Assembly: GCA_963765765.1 (NCBI GenBank)
Contig: CAVXYC010000015.1
Coordinates: 576,001-640,000, forward strand
DNA length: 64,000 nt
Reading direction: 5' to 3'
DNA from: an uncultured Chloroflexia bacterium
Lineage (GTDB): Bacteria; Chloroflexota; UBA6077; JACCZL01
In this document: piece after piece, positions 54,137 through 62,809 of the stretch
Layout of the letters: every line of letters begins with the position of its first letter
How positions within the stretch are numbered: the first letter of the stretch is position 1
The notes under the pieces: generated by a model
Seen by the model: only the letters and a program-made list of their open reading frames with translations
The model's database searches: none
What the model was told of the DNA's origin: nothing
Translations under genes and position numbers: made by a program

Positions 54137-55003
54137 TCAGGAGAATCTCCGCTCGATCTCGACGTAGTCCTCAAAGCCGACGACGCGATTCCATTCTTCG
54201 AATGGCGCCATGAGGTCGCGATAGTTCCGCGTGTGACCATCACGACGCAGGCGCGCCAGGCTTGTCTGGACGGCCTTGACCACCGTGTAGCGCGCAATGC
54301 CCGCATACGCCGCCATGGCCAGGCCCATCTCGGTGAGCTCGTCGGCATTCAGGTCGCCTGCTTCGCCGCGCTCGTCCATCACAATCGCGAGCGGACCGTG
54401 AACACCCGCGGCGGCGGTGCGGATATCCGCGGCGCTTTTCGGGCCCACAATCATGGCGGCATCGGCCCCTGCCGCCAGGTACGAGTTCGCCCGACGGATT
54501 GCCTCATCCAGCCCCATCGTAGACATCGCGTCAGTTCGCGCGATGATGACGAAGTCAGGGTCTTTCCGTGCCCAGTCAGCCGCGTGTAGCTTGGCCACGA
54601 AGTCCGACTCAGAGACGACCGGAATGGGCATGTTGACCAATCCGCAGCGTTTGGGTGTGACCTGGTCCTCAATGTGGATGCCTGCAACGTCCGCCTGCTC
54701 GAATTCGCGGATGGTCCGGGTCACGTTGACCACGCTGCCGTACCCAGTATCGGCGTCCGCAATCACCGGAATGCTCACCGTTGCGGCGATGTTTCGCGCG
54801 GCCGTCACCACCTCCGTCAGCGTGGTGAGGCCGATGTCGGGGGCACCGAGCATAGATGCCGCCAGAGCGTTACCCGTGATGGAAATCGCCTCGAATCCGG
54901 CTTCGGCCGCCATTCGGGCGGTGAGGCCGTCATAGACACCGGGCACCTGGATCACGCGACCACGAGTGAGAAGCGCGCGCAGCTCGCGCGAGCGTGATGT
55001 CAT
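54137..55003 (-). CDS. Isocitrate lyase/PEP mutase superfamily enzyme
   Basis: PGVYDGL, PVIADADTGYG, IHIEDQ..KRCG, IIARTDA. Confidence 0.9.
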   Translation of the reverse strand: MTSRSRELRALLTRGRVIQVPGVYDGLTARMAAEAGFEAISITGNALAASMLGAPDIGLTTLTEVVTAARNIAATVSIPVIADADTGYGSVVNVTRTIREFEQADVAGIHIEDQVTPKRCGLVNMPIPVVSESDFVAKLHAADWARKDPDFVIIARTDAMSTMGLDEAIRRANSYLAAGADAAMIVGPKSAADIRTAAAGVHGPLAIVMDERGEAGDLNADELTEMGLAMAAYAGIARYTVVKAVQTSLARLRRDGHTRNYRDLMAPFEEWNRVVGFEDYVEIERRFS

Positions 55004-55219
55004 GAAGTCTTCTCCAGCCTGGGTTGACGCCGATTCTAGCAGGCTCACCGGCGGACTATTGTCGGGTTGGGGAAAGCCGCGCTAGCTACACGACTTGAAC
55101 CAGCGCGGGTGCCCCTACCACTGTCACGAAACGGGAGCGAATGGCCGGAACTATCGTCCACATTGCGATGGATACTCGTCACATTTCCATCACGAGGCCT
55201 TGCTATAGCTGGCCTCGCG

Positions 55220-55271
55220 TTGACATGTCTTCGCCCAGGTGCCTAGTATCCCGAATTCGGAACATCTGTTC
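55220..55271 (+). promoter_or_regulatory. Sigma70 promoter (TTGACA-N18-TAGTAT) with LexA/SOS box GAACATCTGTTC (55260-55271)
   Basis: Read directly upstream of the helicase GTG at 55286. Confidence 0.7.
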
Positions 55272-55285
55272 GGGAGAGATCCGAC

Positions 55286-57571
55286 GTGAACGTGGCGCAG
55301 TTTGTCGATCGCTTCCTCAGATCATCGTCCGCCCGAGCCAACGTCACTTCCGTCCAGCACCTTGCGCCTCAGCCTGCGCAGTGGGCCGAGTTCCCTCCAG
55401 GAATCGACGCTCGCCTGACCGCGGCGCTTGCGCGCCGGGGCGTTCAGCGACTCTACACGCACCAGGCCGAGGCCATTGATCGGGCTATGGCTGGTGAAAA
55501 CGTCGTCACTGTCACTCCGACCGCTTCAGGCAAGACGCTTTGCTACAACGTGCCCGTCCTTCAATCGGTCCTTAATGATCACTCGTCGAGGGCACTCTAC
55601 CTCTTCCCTACTAAGGCGCTTGCTCAAGATCAATTGCGCGAGCTCTCGGGGTTGGTAGACACCTTGGACGTGGACATCAAGGCGTACACGTACGACGGTG
55701 ACACGCCGGCGGATGCGCGAAGGGCCGTGCGCGCGGCCGGCCACATTGTCGTGACGAATCCGGACATGCTCCACACGGGTATTCTCCCGCATCACACGCG
55801 CTGGGTACGGCTCTTCGAGAATCTGCGCTATATCGTCATCGACGAGCTTCATCAGTATCGTGGAGTGTTCGGGAGCCACCTGGCCAACGTACTGCGCAGA
55901 CTTCTCCGCATCTGCGAGTTCTATGGAGCGTCGCCAAAGTTCATTTGCAGCTCGGCGACGATCGCCAATCCCGATGAGCTGGCCGTCAGACTCACCGGAC
56001 AGCCCTTTCGACTCGTAAACAAAAATGGTGCTCCGACCTCCGAGAAATTCATCCTTTTCTATAACCCGCCGGTGGTGAATCAGCAGCTCGGAATACGGGC
56101 AGGCTCCTCGCAGACCTCGCGCCGACTCGCGGGCGAGCTTCTGGCGAACGACATTCAGACGATCGTGTTTGCGCGAAGCCGCCTGGGCGTGGAGATTCTC
56201 GTCAGCGAGCTAAAGCAGCTCGCCGCCTCACGCGGCACGTCGCCGGACGTTGTCCAGGGCTACCGCGCCGGTTATTTGCCAAATGAACGTCGCGCCATTG
56301 AGCGCGGCATCAAAGACGGGCAGATCCGTTCAATCGTGGCCACCAACGCGCTCGAGCTCGGCGTGGATATCGGCGGACTGGAGGCGGCCGTGCTGAACGG
56401 CTATCCGGGCAGTATCGCTAGCGCCTGGCAACAAATGGGGCGCGTGGGACGTCGAGAAGGCACATCGCTGGCGATCTATGTGGCGAGTTCATCGCCGCTG
56501 GACCAGTTTCTTGTTACACGCCCGGATTACTTTTTCTCGCAGTCACCCGAAGCCGCCCTGGTGCACCCAGACAACCTCGTGATCCTGGCAAACCACCTGC
56601 GCTGTGCGGCCTTCGAGCTGCCGTTCAACCAGAGCGAACGATTTGGCGAGAACGAATCCACCGAAGAGATTCTGGAATTTCTAGCCGAGGAGCAGGTGGT
56701 GCGTCACGCGGGCGGTCGGTGGTTCTGGATGTCCGAGCGATATCCCGCCGAGGGGCTTAGTTTGCGTAGCGCGGCGATCGATAACTTCGTCATCATCGAG
56801 TCCGGACCTCGCCCGCGAGTCATTGGTGAAATGGATCGCGCATCGGCGCCCATGTTGATCCACGAGGAGGCGATCTACATTCATCTGGGTCAGCAGTATC
56901 AGGTAGAGAAGCTGGACTGGGAAGAGAAGAAGGCGTTCGTCAAGGCCGTCAACGTGGACTACTACACGGATGCCGAGATGGCCGTTGATCTGAAAATTCT
57001 GGACATTTTTGCCGAGACCGAGGCTGAGTCGCCGAGAGCCGCTCACGGTGAGGTGAGCGTGACGGCCCAGGCAACGATCTTCAAGAAGCTCAAGTTCGAT
57101 ACGCATGAGAATATTGGCTGGGGAAAGATTCAGCTCCCGGAAGAAGAAATCCACACTTCGGCATTCTGGATGGCGATCCCGGCCAGAAGTGTCGCCGACA
57201 TGCCGCGAGCCGCATTGGAGAGTGGGCTCATGGGCATGGCAAACCTGCTGGTGAATCTTGCGCCGCTCTTTCTCATGTGCGACCCTCGCGATCTTCGGTC
57301 CGAGACAGAGATTCGTTCGCCTTTCACGGGAGAGCCGACGGTGTATCTCTACGAGCGCAATCCGGGTGGCGTCGGGCTCTCTGAGAAGCTCTTCTACACT
57401 CGTCGCCAGCTCATTCAGTCCGCGCAGGATCTGTTAACCGGTTGCGCGTGTCCAAATGGATGCCCGTCGTGTGTCGGCGCCCATCACCTCGTGGGCTTCG
57501 ACGGGAAACCGTCCACGCTGGAGCTATTCCGTCGAATGGGCGTTCAGAGTCAGCGGCACGCGATCGCATGA
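55286..57571 (+). CDS. mrfA: DEAD/DEAH helicase with DUF1998 (MrfA/YprA/SftH/Hrq1-like)
   Basis: TASGKT, DELH, SAT, QQMGRVGRR; C-terminal MCDP..CACPNGCPSC cysteine motif. Confidence 0.88.
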   Translation: MNVAQFVDRFLRSSSARANVTSVQHLAPQPAQWAEFPPGIDARLTAALARRGVQRLYTHQAEAIDRAMAGENVVTVTPTASGKTLCYNVPVLQSVLNDHSSRALYLFPTKALAQDQLRELSGLVDTLDVDIKAYTYDGDTPADARRAVRAAGHIVVTNPDMLHTGILPHHTRWVRLFENLRYIVIDELHQYRGVFGSHLANVLRRLLRICEFYGASPKFICSSATIANPDELAVRLTGQPFRLVNKNGAPTSEKFILFYNPPVVNQQLGIRAGSSQTSRRLAGELLANDIQTIVFARSRLGVEILVSELKQLAASRGTSPDVVQGYRAGYLPNERRAIERGIKDGQIRSIVATNALELGVDIGGLEAAVLNGYPGSIASAWQQMGRVGRREGTSLAIYVASSSPLDQFLVTRPDYFFSQSPEAALVHPDNLVILANHLRCAAFELPFNQSERFGENESTEEILEFLAEEQVVRHAGGRWFWMSERYPAEGLSLRSAAIDNFVIIESGPRPRVIGEMDRASAPMLIHEEAIYIHLGQQYQVEKLDWEEKKAFVKAVNVDYYTDAEMAVDLKILDIFAETEAESPRAAHGEVSVTAQATIFKKLKFDTHENIGWGKIQLPEEEIHTSAFWMAIPARSVADMPRAALESGLMGMANLLVNLAPLFLMCDPRDLRSETEIRSPFTGEPTVYLYERNPGGVGLSEKLFYTRRQLIQSAQDLLTGCACPNGCPSCVGAHHLVGFDGKPSTLELFRRMGVQSQRHAIA

Positions 57572-58837
57572 CCACCGCGACCGCGCCCCGCATTTCGGCT
57601 GACCGTCTCCGGACAGCCCTGGGTACGCGGGACCCTAAGCGGGCCCCTCAGCCTGCGCCTCGACGTCATGCCGCGTTGGAAGCGCTCTACCCGGGGCGCG
57701 AGATCGAGAACGAGTATGGACGGTGCTTCGTTGCCGAATGGACGTTTCCACTCGAGCACCCGCACGGCCGTCAACCGCTCGAGCAGGCATTGCTGCTGAA
57801 TGATCGCGGAGCGGCCTGTATTGGGCGGGCCCTGGGGTACAAGGCCCCTGAACGCCCCGCGTTCCTGGACACTGAAACCACTGGGCTTTCCGGTGGCACG
57901 GGAACGTACGCTTTTCTCGTGGGCATCGGGTCTATCGAGGGCGATGCCGCCATTGTTCGGCAGTACTTCATGCGCGACTACGACGAAGAGCCCGCTCTGC
58001 TGGAGGCGGTGTCACAGCAGCTCGCGCGGCATGATGCTGTCATCACCTACAACGGCAAGACCTTTGACCTTCCACTCATCGAGACCCGTTTCATCGCCTC
58101 CCGCCGATCCACTGACGTCATCCCGCCGTCGCATCTGGATTTGCTCTTTCCGACACGACGGCTTCTTCGAGGCTTTCTCGAGACATGCACGCTGGCCAAC
58201 GTCGAGCGATCGGTTCTACGTCATCATCGAGTGGGGGACCTGCCGGGTTGGATGATTCCGTCGTTGTACTTTCAGTTTGTTCGTGAAGGTGACCCACGTC
58301 TGATTGGTGGCGTGTTAGAGCACAACCGAGACGACATCTTGAGCCTTTTCGGGCTCACGGGCTGGCTCTGCCGCGTTTACCAGTCGCCCACCGAGAGCCG
58401 ATGCGACGCCCGACTTCTCACGCGAGTGTCCAGGACGTACGAATTGCTGGGCTGGCGAGATGAAGCCGTGCGTGTGCTCAGCTCACGCGGTCTCCGAAGC
58501 CTCGTCGGGAGATGGCCGTGCGGAGGCCGCGCTGGACCTGGCTCGGCTGCATCGGATGATGGGGGCCGGCGAGGACGCAGAGCCAATGTGGCACATCGCG
58601 GCGGAGCATCCCGCGCTGGGATTGGAAGCGTTGATCGCCTGGGCGAAGTATCTCGAGCACGAGCGGCGGGACTTCGATAAGGCACAAGGTGTGCTGGACC
58701 GAGCGCTCGTTCGGATTCAGCTCAGGTACGGTCCATCGCCAGATGCCGCGATCGACGCTCTCCGCCAGGCGCTCGAGTATCGACTTGCCCGAATCGTGCG
58801 TCGCCAAGGGCGCCGAGATCCGTCCGGCATGAAGTGA
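57568..58837 (+). CDS. mrfB: RNase_H_2/DEDD exonuclease with TPR-like tail (MrfB/YprB-like; frameshift ~58485)
   Basis: FLDTETTGL, TYNGKTFD, HLDLL, HNRDD, AKYLEH; ATGA overlap with the helicase. Confidence 0.85.
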
Positions 58838-58912
58838 ATGCTTTGCGCTTTATGGGCGGTCGCACAAGCGCTGAATTGAAGCGATCACTCCACACGTAGC
58901 GAAACTTGACCT

Positions 58913-60013
58913 CTAAGACCGATCGGGCGCGGGCTCGTGGAAGATGGTTTGCCAAAGACTCGCGGTGAATCGAAGGACGATCATGCTTGCCAGAGCGGTA
59001 GATGCGGCGGATAGTCCGGTCCAGATCAGTTTCTTGCGGGCACCCGGATCTCGGGTTGTAGTCGGTCGCACCGGCACTAGAGCCGGTGCTGGTGCAGGTT
59101 GGGCAGTTTGCGGTTTCGTCCCCTGCTCCAGTTTTGTCTCCGTACTAATCGGAACGGCACCTGCACTCGGAACGATGCGACTCCCGCGCTGCCGTGCATA
59201 AACCTGGGTAAATTCCGCTCCAAAGAACAGAATCTGGGCCGAGTAGTAGACCCACACCAGAAACACAAGTAGCGAGCCCGCGGCCCCGTAGGTCGAACCG
59301 ACGCTTGCATGACCGAGATAGATGCCGATGAGCGTCTTGCCAATGACGAAGAGCAGCGCCGTTACGGCTGCACCCACCCACACGTCAGACCATCGCACCT
59401 CCACGTCCGGCAGCACCTTGTAAATAGCCGCGAACAGGAGTGTGATGATTGCGAACGACAACACCACATTGACGATCTGCCAGAAGGCGTTTGATCCCGG
59501 CAAGATGTCTCCAAGGAAGTTGCCCACGGCGGAGATCGTGGCGGTTAACGCTAAGGAGACGAGAAGAAGGAAACCGACCCCCAGTACCATCGTCAGGGGC
59601 ACGATTCGGCGCTTTACTGTTCCAACAATTCCGGACGGTGCTGGCTGCACCTCCCAGATGGTGTTGAGGGCATCCTGAAGCTGACCGAACACATTGCCCG
59701 CGCTCCAGATCAGTGTTGCGATCCCGATGATCGCCGAAATGCTGGAAGCACCCGGTTCGCGTGAATTGGCAATTGCGGACTGAAAGAAGCCCGCCGCTTC
59801 CGGCCCAAGTAGCCCTTCAAGCTGGTAGAAGATCGTGCCTCGTGCGGCCTCATCACCCAGAAAGATTCCTGCAATGCTGATGATGAGAAGCAGCAGTGGT
59901 GCGATGGAGAACGCCGTGTAATAGGCGAGGGCTGCAGCGAGGCGTGAAGCCTTGTCGCGCTGCCATTCGCTGAATGACTCCTTGAGGAGGCCGAGAGCGT
60001 TCAGGTGATCCAC
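58913..60013 (-). CDS. YihY/BrkB family membrane protein
   Basis: AAALAYYTAFSIAP, LQDALNTIW, YKVLPD, YGAAGSL, WVYYSAQILFFGAEF. Confidence 0.92.
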   Translation of the reverse strand: MDHLNALGLLKESFSEWQRDKASRLAAALAYYTAFSIAPLLLLIISIAGIFLGDEAARGTIFYQLEGLLGPEAAGFFQSAIANSREPGASSISAIIGIATLIWSAGNVFGQLQDALNTIWEVQPAPSGIVGTVKRRIVPLTMVLGVGFLLLVSLALTATISAVGNFLGDILPGSNAFWQIVNVVLSFAIITLLFAAIYKVLPDVEVRWSDVWVGAAVTALLFVIGKTLIGIYLGHASVGSTYGAAGSLLVFLVWVYYSAQILFFGAEFTQVYARQRGSRIVPSAGAVPISTETKLEQGTKPQTAQPAPAPALVPVRPTTTRDPGARKKLIWTGLSAASTALASMIVLRFTASLWQTIFHEPAPDRS

Positions 60014-60124
60014 GACATCCACTCCTTCCGCGAGCACATGTAATCACACATCTAAATGCAGAATTCACACCATGCTGTGAGCCAATAGTCGGCATGCGCT
60101 TTGCAGCAGAGGTCGCACGGAGAG

Positions 60125-60922
60125 ATGGAAAACGAGCACGTTCGCATGGGGCAGCGAACAGAGCCAGCCTGGCTCGAGCTGCAATCAATTCGATGGGAGC
60201 CGGCAGGGCGCGCGCTGCTGAGCAACCTCGGTGATGGAGCGGGGCTCCATGCTGTGGACGTCGGCTGTGGGGACCTGGGCTGGTTACGTGTGTTGAGCGA
60301 GTGGGTGGGGCCGGATGGCTCAGTGACAGGTACCGACGTAGGTGACGATCTCATTGAGGCCGCGCAACGTCGGATCGAGCAAGAAGATCTTTCGAATGTC
60401 ACCGTGGTACGCGATGATTTGTTCGATTCTCGACTCCCAGCCAGGAGTTTTGATCTAGTTCACGCTCGATTCGCCGTCACTCCATTGGATCGCGTGAATC
60501 AGCAGCTCGAGTCGTATCTGAGACTCCTCCGGAGCAGTGGCCGGATTGTCCTGGAGGACAACGACATCGGCTCGTGGCATTTCAATCCGCCGGCGCCCGC
60601 CACGGAGCGTTTGATTCATCTCATAGCCGAGTCGTTTCTCGCAGCCGGTGAGAGTTTCAACGATGGCCGGCGGCAGCCCCAACGGCTTCGTGAGCTGGGA
60701 TTGGAGCCACACGTCTCGGCACAGGTACTGGCGCTGGCACCCGCGGATCGGTATTTGCGCCTCCCCATCCACTTCACATTCACGCTCGAGGATCGGCTTT
60801 TGAAGCTGGTTACAACTGACGAGCTGGAAACTCTGAGGCAGCAGGCAGAAGGGGAGATCGCCTCACCGGGTCGATGGGGCACCACGTTCACAGTGATTCA
60901 GAGCTGGGCGGTAGTGCCCTGA
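60125..60922 (+). CDS. Class I SAM-dependent methyltransferase
   Basis: AVDVGCGDLG, VTGTD, FDLVHARF. Confidence 0.85.
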   Translation: MENEHVRMGQRTEPAWLELQSIRWEPAGRALLSNLGDGAGLHAVDVGCGDLGWLRVLSEWVGPDGSVTGTDVGDDLIEAAQRRIEQEDLSNVTVVRDDLFDSRLPARSFDLVHARFAVTPLDRVNQQLESYLRLLRSSGRIVLEDNDIGSWHFNPPAPATERLIHLIAESFLAAGESFNDGRRQPQRLRELGLEPHVSAQVLALAPADRYLRLPIHFTFTLEDRLLKLVTTDELETLRQQAEGEIASPGRWGTTFTVIQSWAVVP

Positions 60923-61004
60923 GCTCTCGCAACCGCGATAGTGGGATGCTCACCGCTAGGCTGAATCATGGAGCGACACGTTCGAGCGTGCCACCCCATG
61001 AGAC

Positions 61005-61166
61005 TTATTTCTTTTTGGTCTCGCCAGCCTCGCGTCGTTCTTTGTTGACGGTGCGAGCCGCACGCTCTTCAGCTTCATCTTTGGAGACCCCGCGCTCTTC
61101 GTAGGAGTCTTTAATGTGCTCGTACTGACGGTCGCGTTTGCTACCTTCTCTCACTCCGCGTGGCAT
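61005..61166 (-). CDS. 53-aa conserved small basic protein
   Basis: GGAGG RBS; MPRGVREGSKRDRQYEHIKDSYEERGVSKDEAEERAARTVNKERREAGETKKK; too short for the ORF track. Confidence 0.7.
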   Translation of the reverse strand: MPRGVREGSKRDRQYEHIKDSYEERGVSKDEAEERAARTVNKERREAGETKKK

Positions 61167-61557
61167 GGTTTACCTCCCTTTCGCTGCAATGTTGCAGATA
61201 TTGGACCGTCCGAATCCCAACATTAGTGAGGCATGGAGGTGGCGCGGGCTCGGCGGTGCCAATCGCGGTCGCTTGGTGTCCGGTGGCAACGCTGAAATCG
61301 TCGGTTAAGGCACGCTACATTTGGAAATCCGGCCGCATTGTAGCGTGGCCGAGATCAACTATTTGGTCTCTAGACCCGAGAATGACAGTGGAACTGGGTG
61401 GCCGGTACCGCGGGAGCGTAGCGAGTATCGAAGAACGCCAGCCTTCGGGACCACGGCCATCCAGCGGCCCGGCCCCGGAGGGCCGCCTCCGACCAGAGCT
61501 GCCAACACAGGAAGGTCCCTAGACGGCGTCACTTTGTCTATCGCAGACGAGCGACGA

Positions 61558-62210
61558 TTAGTGCGCTTCGCTCAGTGCCCCAAGGCCCGCCTGGCAGGCG
61601 AGGTGGTCCTGCTCCGTGGTGGGGCTGCCGGCCACTCCGATGGCAGCGACGATCTCGCCTAGCTCCACCAGCGGTATAGCTCCCTGCTCGATGAGCAGGC
61701 GAGCGGGAACCACTTCCTCGTCCGCCGGAGGCTCCTGGTCGGCTTTGAGCTGGTTAGTGCCCAGGCGGAAGACCAGCGAGGTGTAAGCTTTGCGATCGGC
61801 CCGCGCAGCGGCGGAGCGTTCGGTGCCCGGCATGGCCATGGATGCCACAGACTTTCCGCCGCGATCCAGCACCACAGCCGCAACCGTAAGGCCGATTCGC
61901 TCAGCGTATGCCTGCACTCCATCCAGCATGCGCTTGGCGGATTCCACCGCGAACCTCTGCTCGGCCTTGTTCTCCGTGAAGAAGTCTGCATTGATCTGAA
62001 TATATTGCTGCCACTGCGCTGGCACCTCGGAGTCTAGAAAGACGGCATCCACGGGGCACACCAGCACGCACTGCTCGCACTCAATGCACACGTCCGGATC
62101 GATGTAATTCTGGGGGAGTCCGGTGTCGTGTGGATGCACGCCGCCGGGCAAACGTCCACGCAGGCGCCATTCTTTTCGTCGATGCACGGCTCCACGATGA
62201 CATAGGTCAT
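61558..62210 (-). CDS. 7Fe-type ferredoxin fused to a GlcG/HbpS/PduOC-like domain (frameshift in G-run 62112-62116)
   Basis: MTYVIVEPCIDEKNGACVDVCP..IDPDVCIECEQCVLVCP..NADFF, then VAAVVLDRGG..KAYTS..GAIPL..AIGVAG..EQD. Confidence 0.8.
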
Positions 62211-62809
62211 GGCGTTGGCTCCAGCGCATCTGGCTCCAGCGGCAGCTCAGTCACGATCACCTCCGCGGCGTGCACGCATGGTCGCAGCCGAGGGCTCTCC
62301 AGTCGCCCCTCGGAGTTCATCGTGCCGAGGCCGGCAATCGCCGCCAGGCGCTCGGCATCCATCGTTTTGGATCTGTTGGCTCGATAGCCCATCTCGCGTA
62401 TGTACGCCGCCAGGTTGAAAGTGGCAAACAGGCCCTTTACCGTAGGTGCCTGGCCACCGCTTCCGGGCGCTGTGCGGGTATCGTGGTCGGCCTGGAGCAA
62501 TGAGACGATGCCGAAGAAAGGGCCTGCGGCACCCGGGGCGTCCTCAAACGGGCTCGCCGCTAGCTGAACGATACCCACCTCGTTGATGCCGAGATAGTGT
62601 CCCAGCTCCTTGACATGGCTGGCCATCACGTTGGCTGAGTGGACCTCAGTACGCGTGGGATGCACCGAACCCTCTTCCGCGTCCGCCATCGCTAACGTCA
62701 CCACGTTCCGCGCGTCGGCGGGCGGCCGGTTGATGAACGCGTCCCAATACGGGTCCTCGGGCTCAGTGTGCCGAATCCTGAACGGACCGATCCGCATGGC
62801 AGCCCCCAT
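62207..62809 (-). CDS. Reductive dehalogenase-like cobalamin-fold domain without Fe-S motifs
   Basis: MASHVKELGHYLG..VGI, LAAYIREMGY, AAIAGLG, IVTELPLEPD* parallel the upstream gene and stop where its Fe-S domain begins. Confidence 0.65.
   Translation of the reverse strand: MGAAMRIGPFRIRHTEPEDPYWDAFINRPPADARNVVTLAMADAEEGSVHPTRTEVHSANVMASHVKELGHYLGINEVGIVQLAASPFEDAPGAAGPFFGIVSLLQADHDTRTAPGSGGQAPTVKGLFATFNLAAYIREMGYRANRSKTMDAERLAAIAGLGTMNSEGRLESPRLRPCVHAAEVIVTELPLEPDALEPTP

Noticed and set aside
60056-60076. Sigma54-like GG-N10-GC upstream of the yihY-family gene
   Set aside because: Only the minimal dinucleotides match, which is expected by chance.
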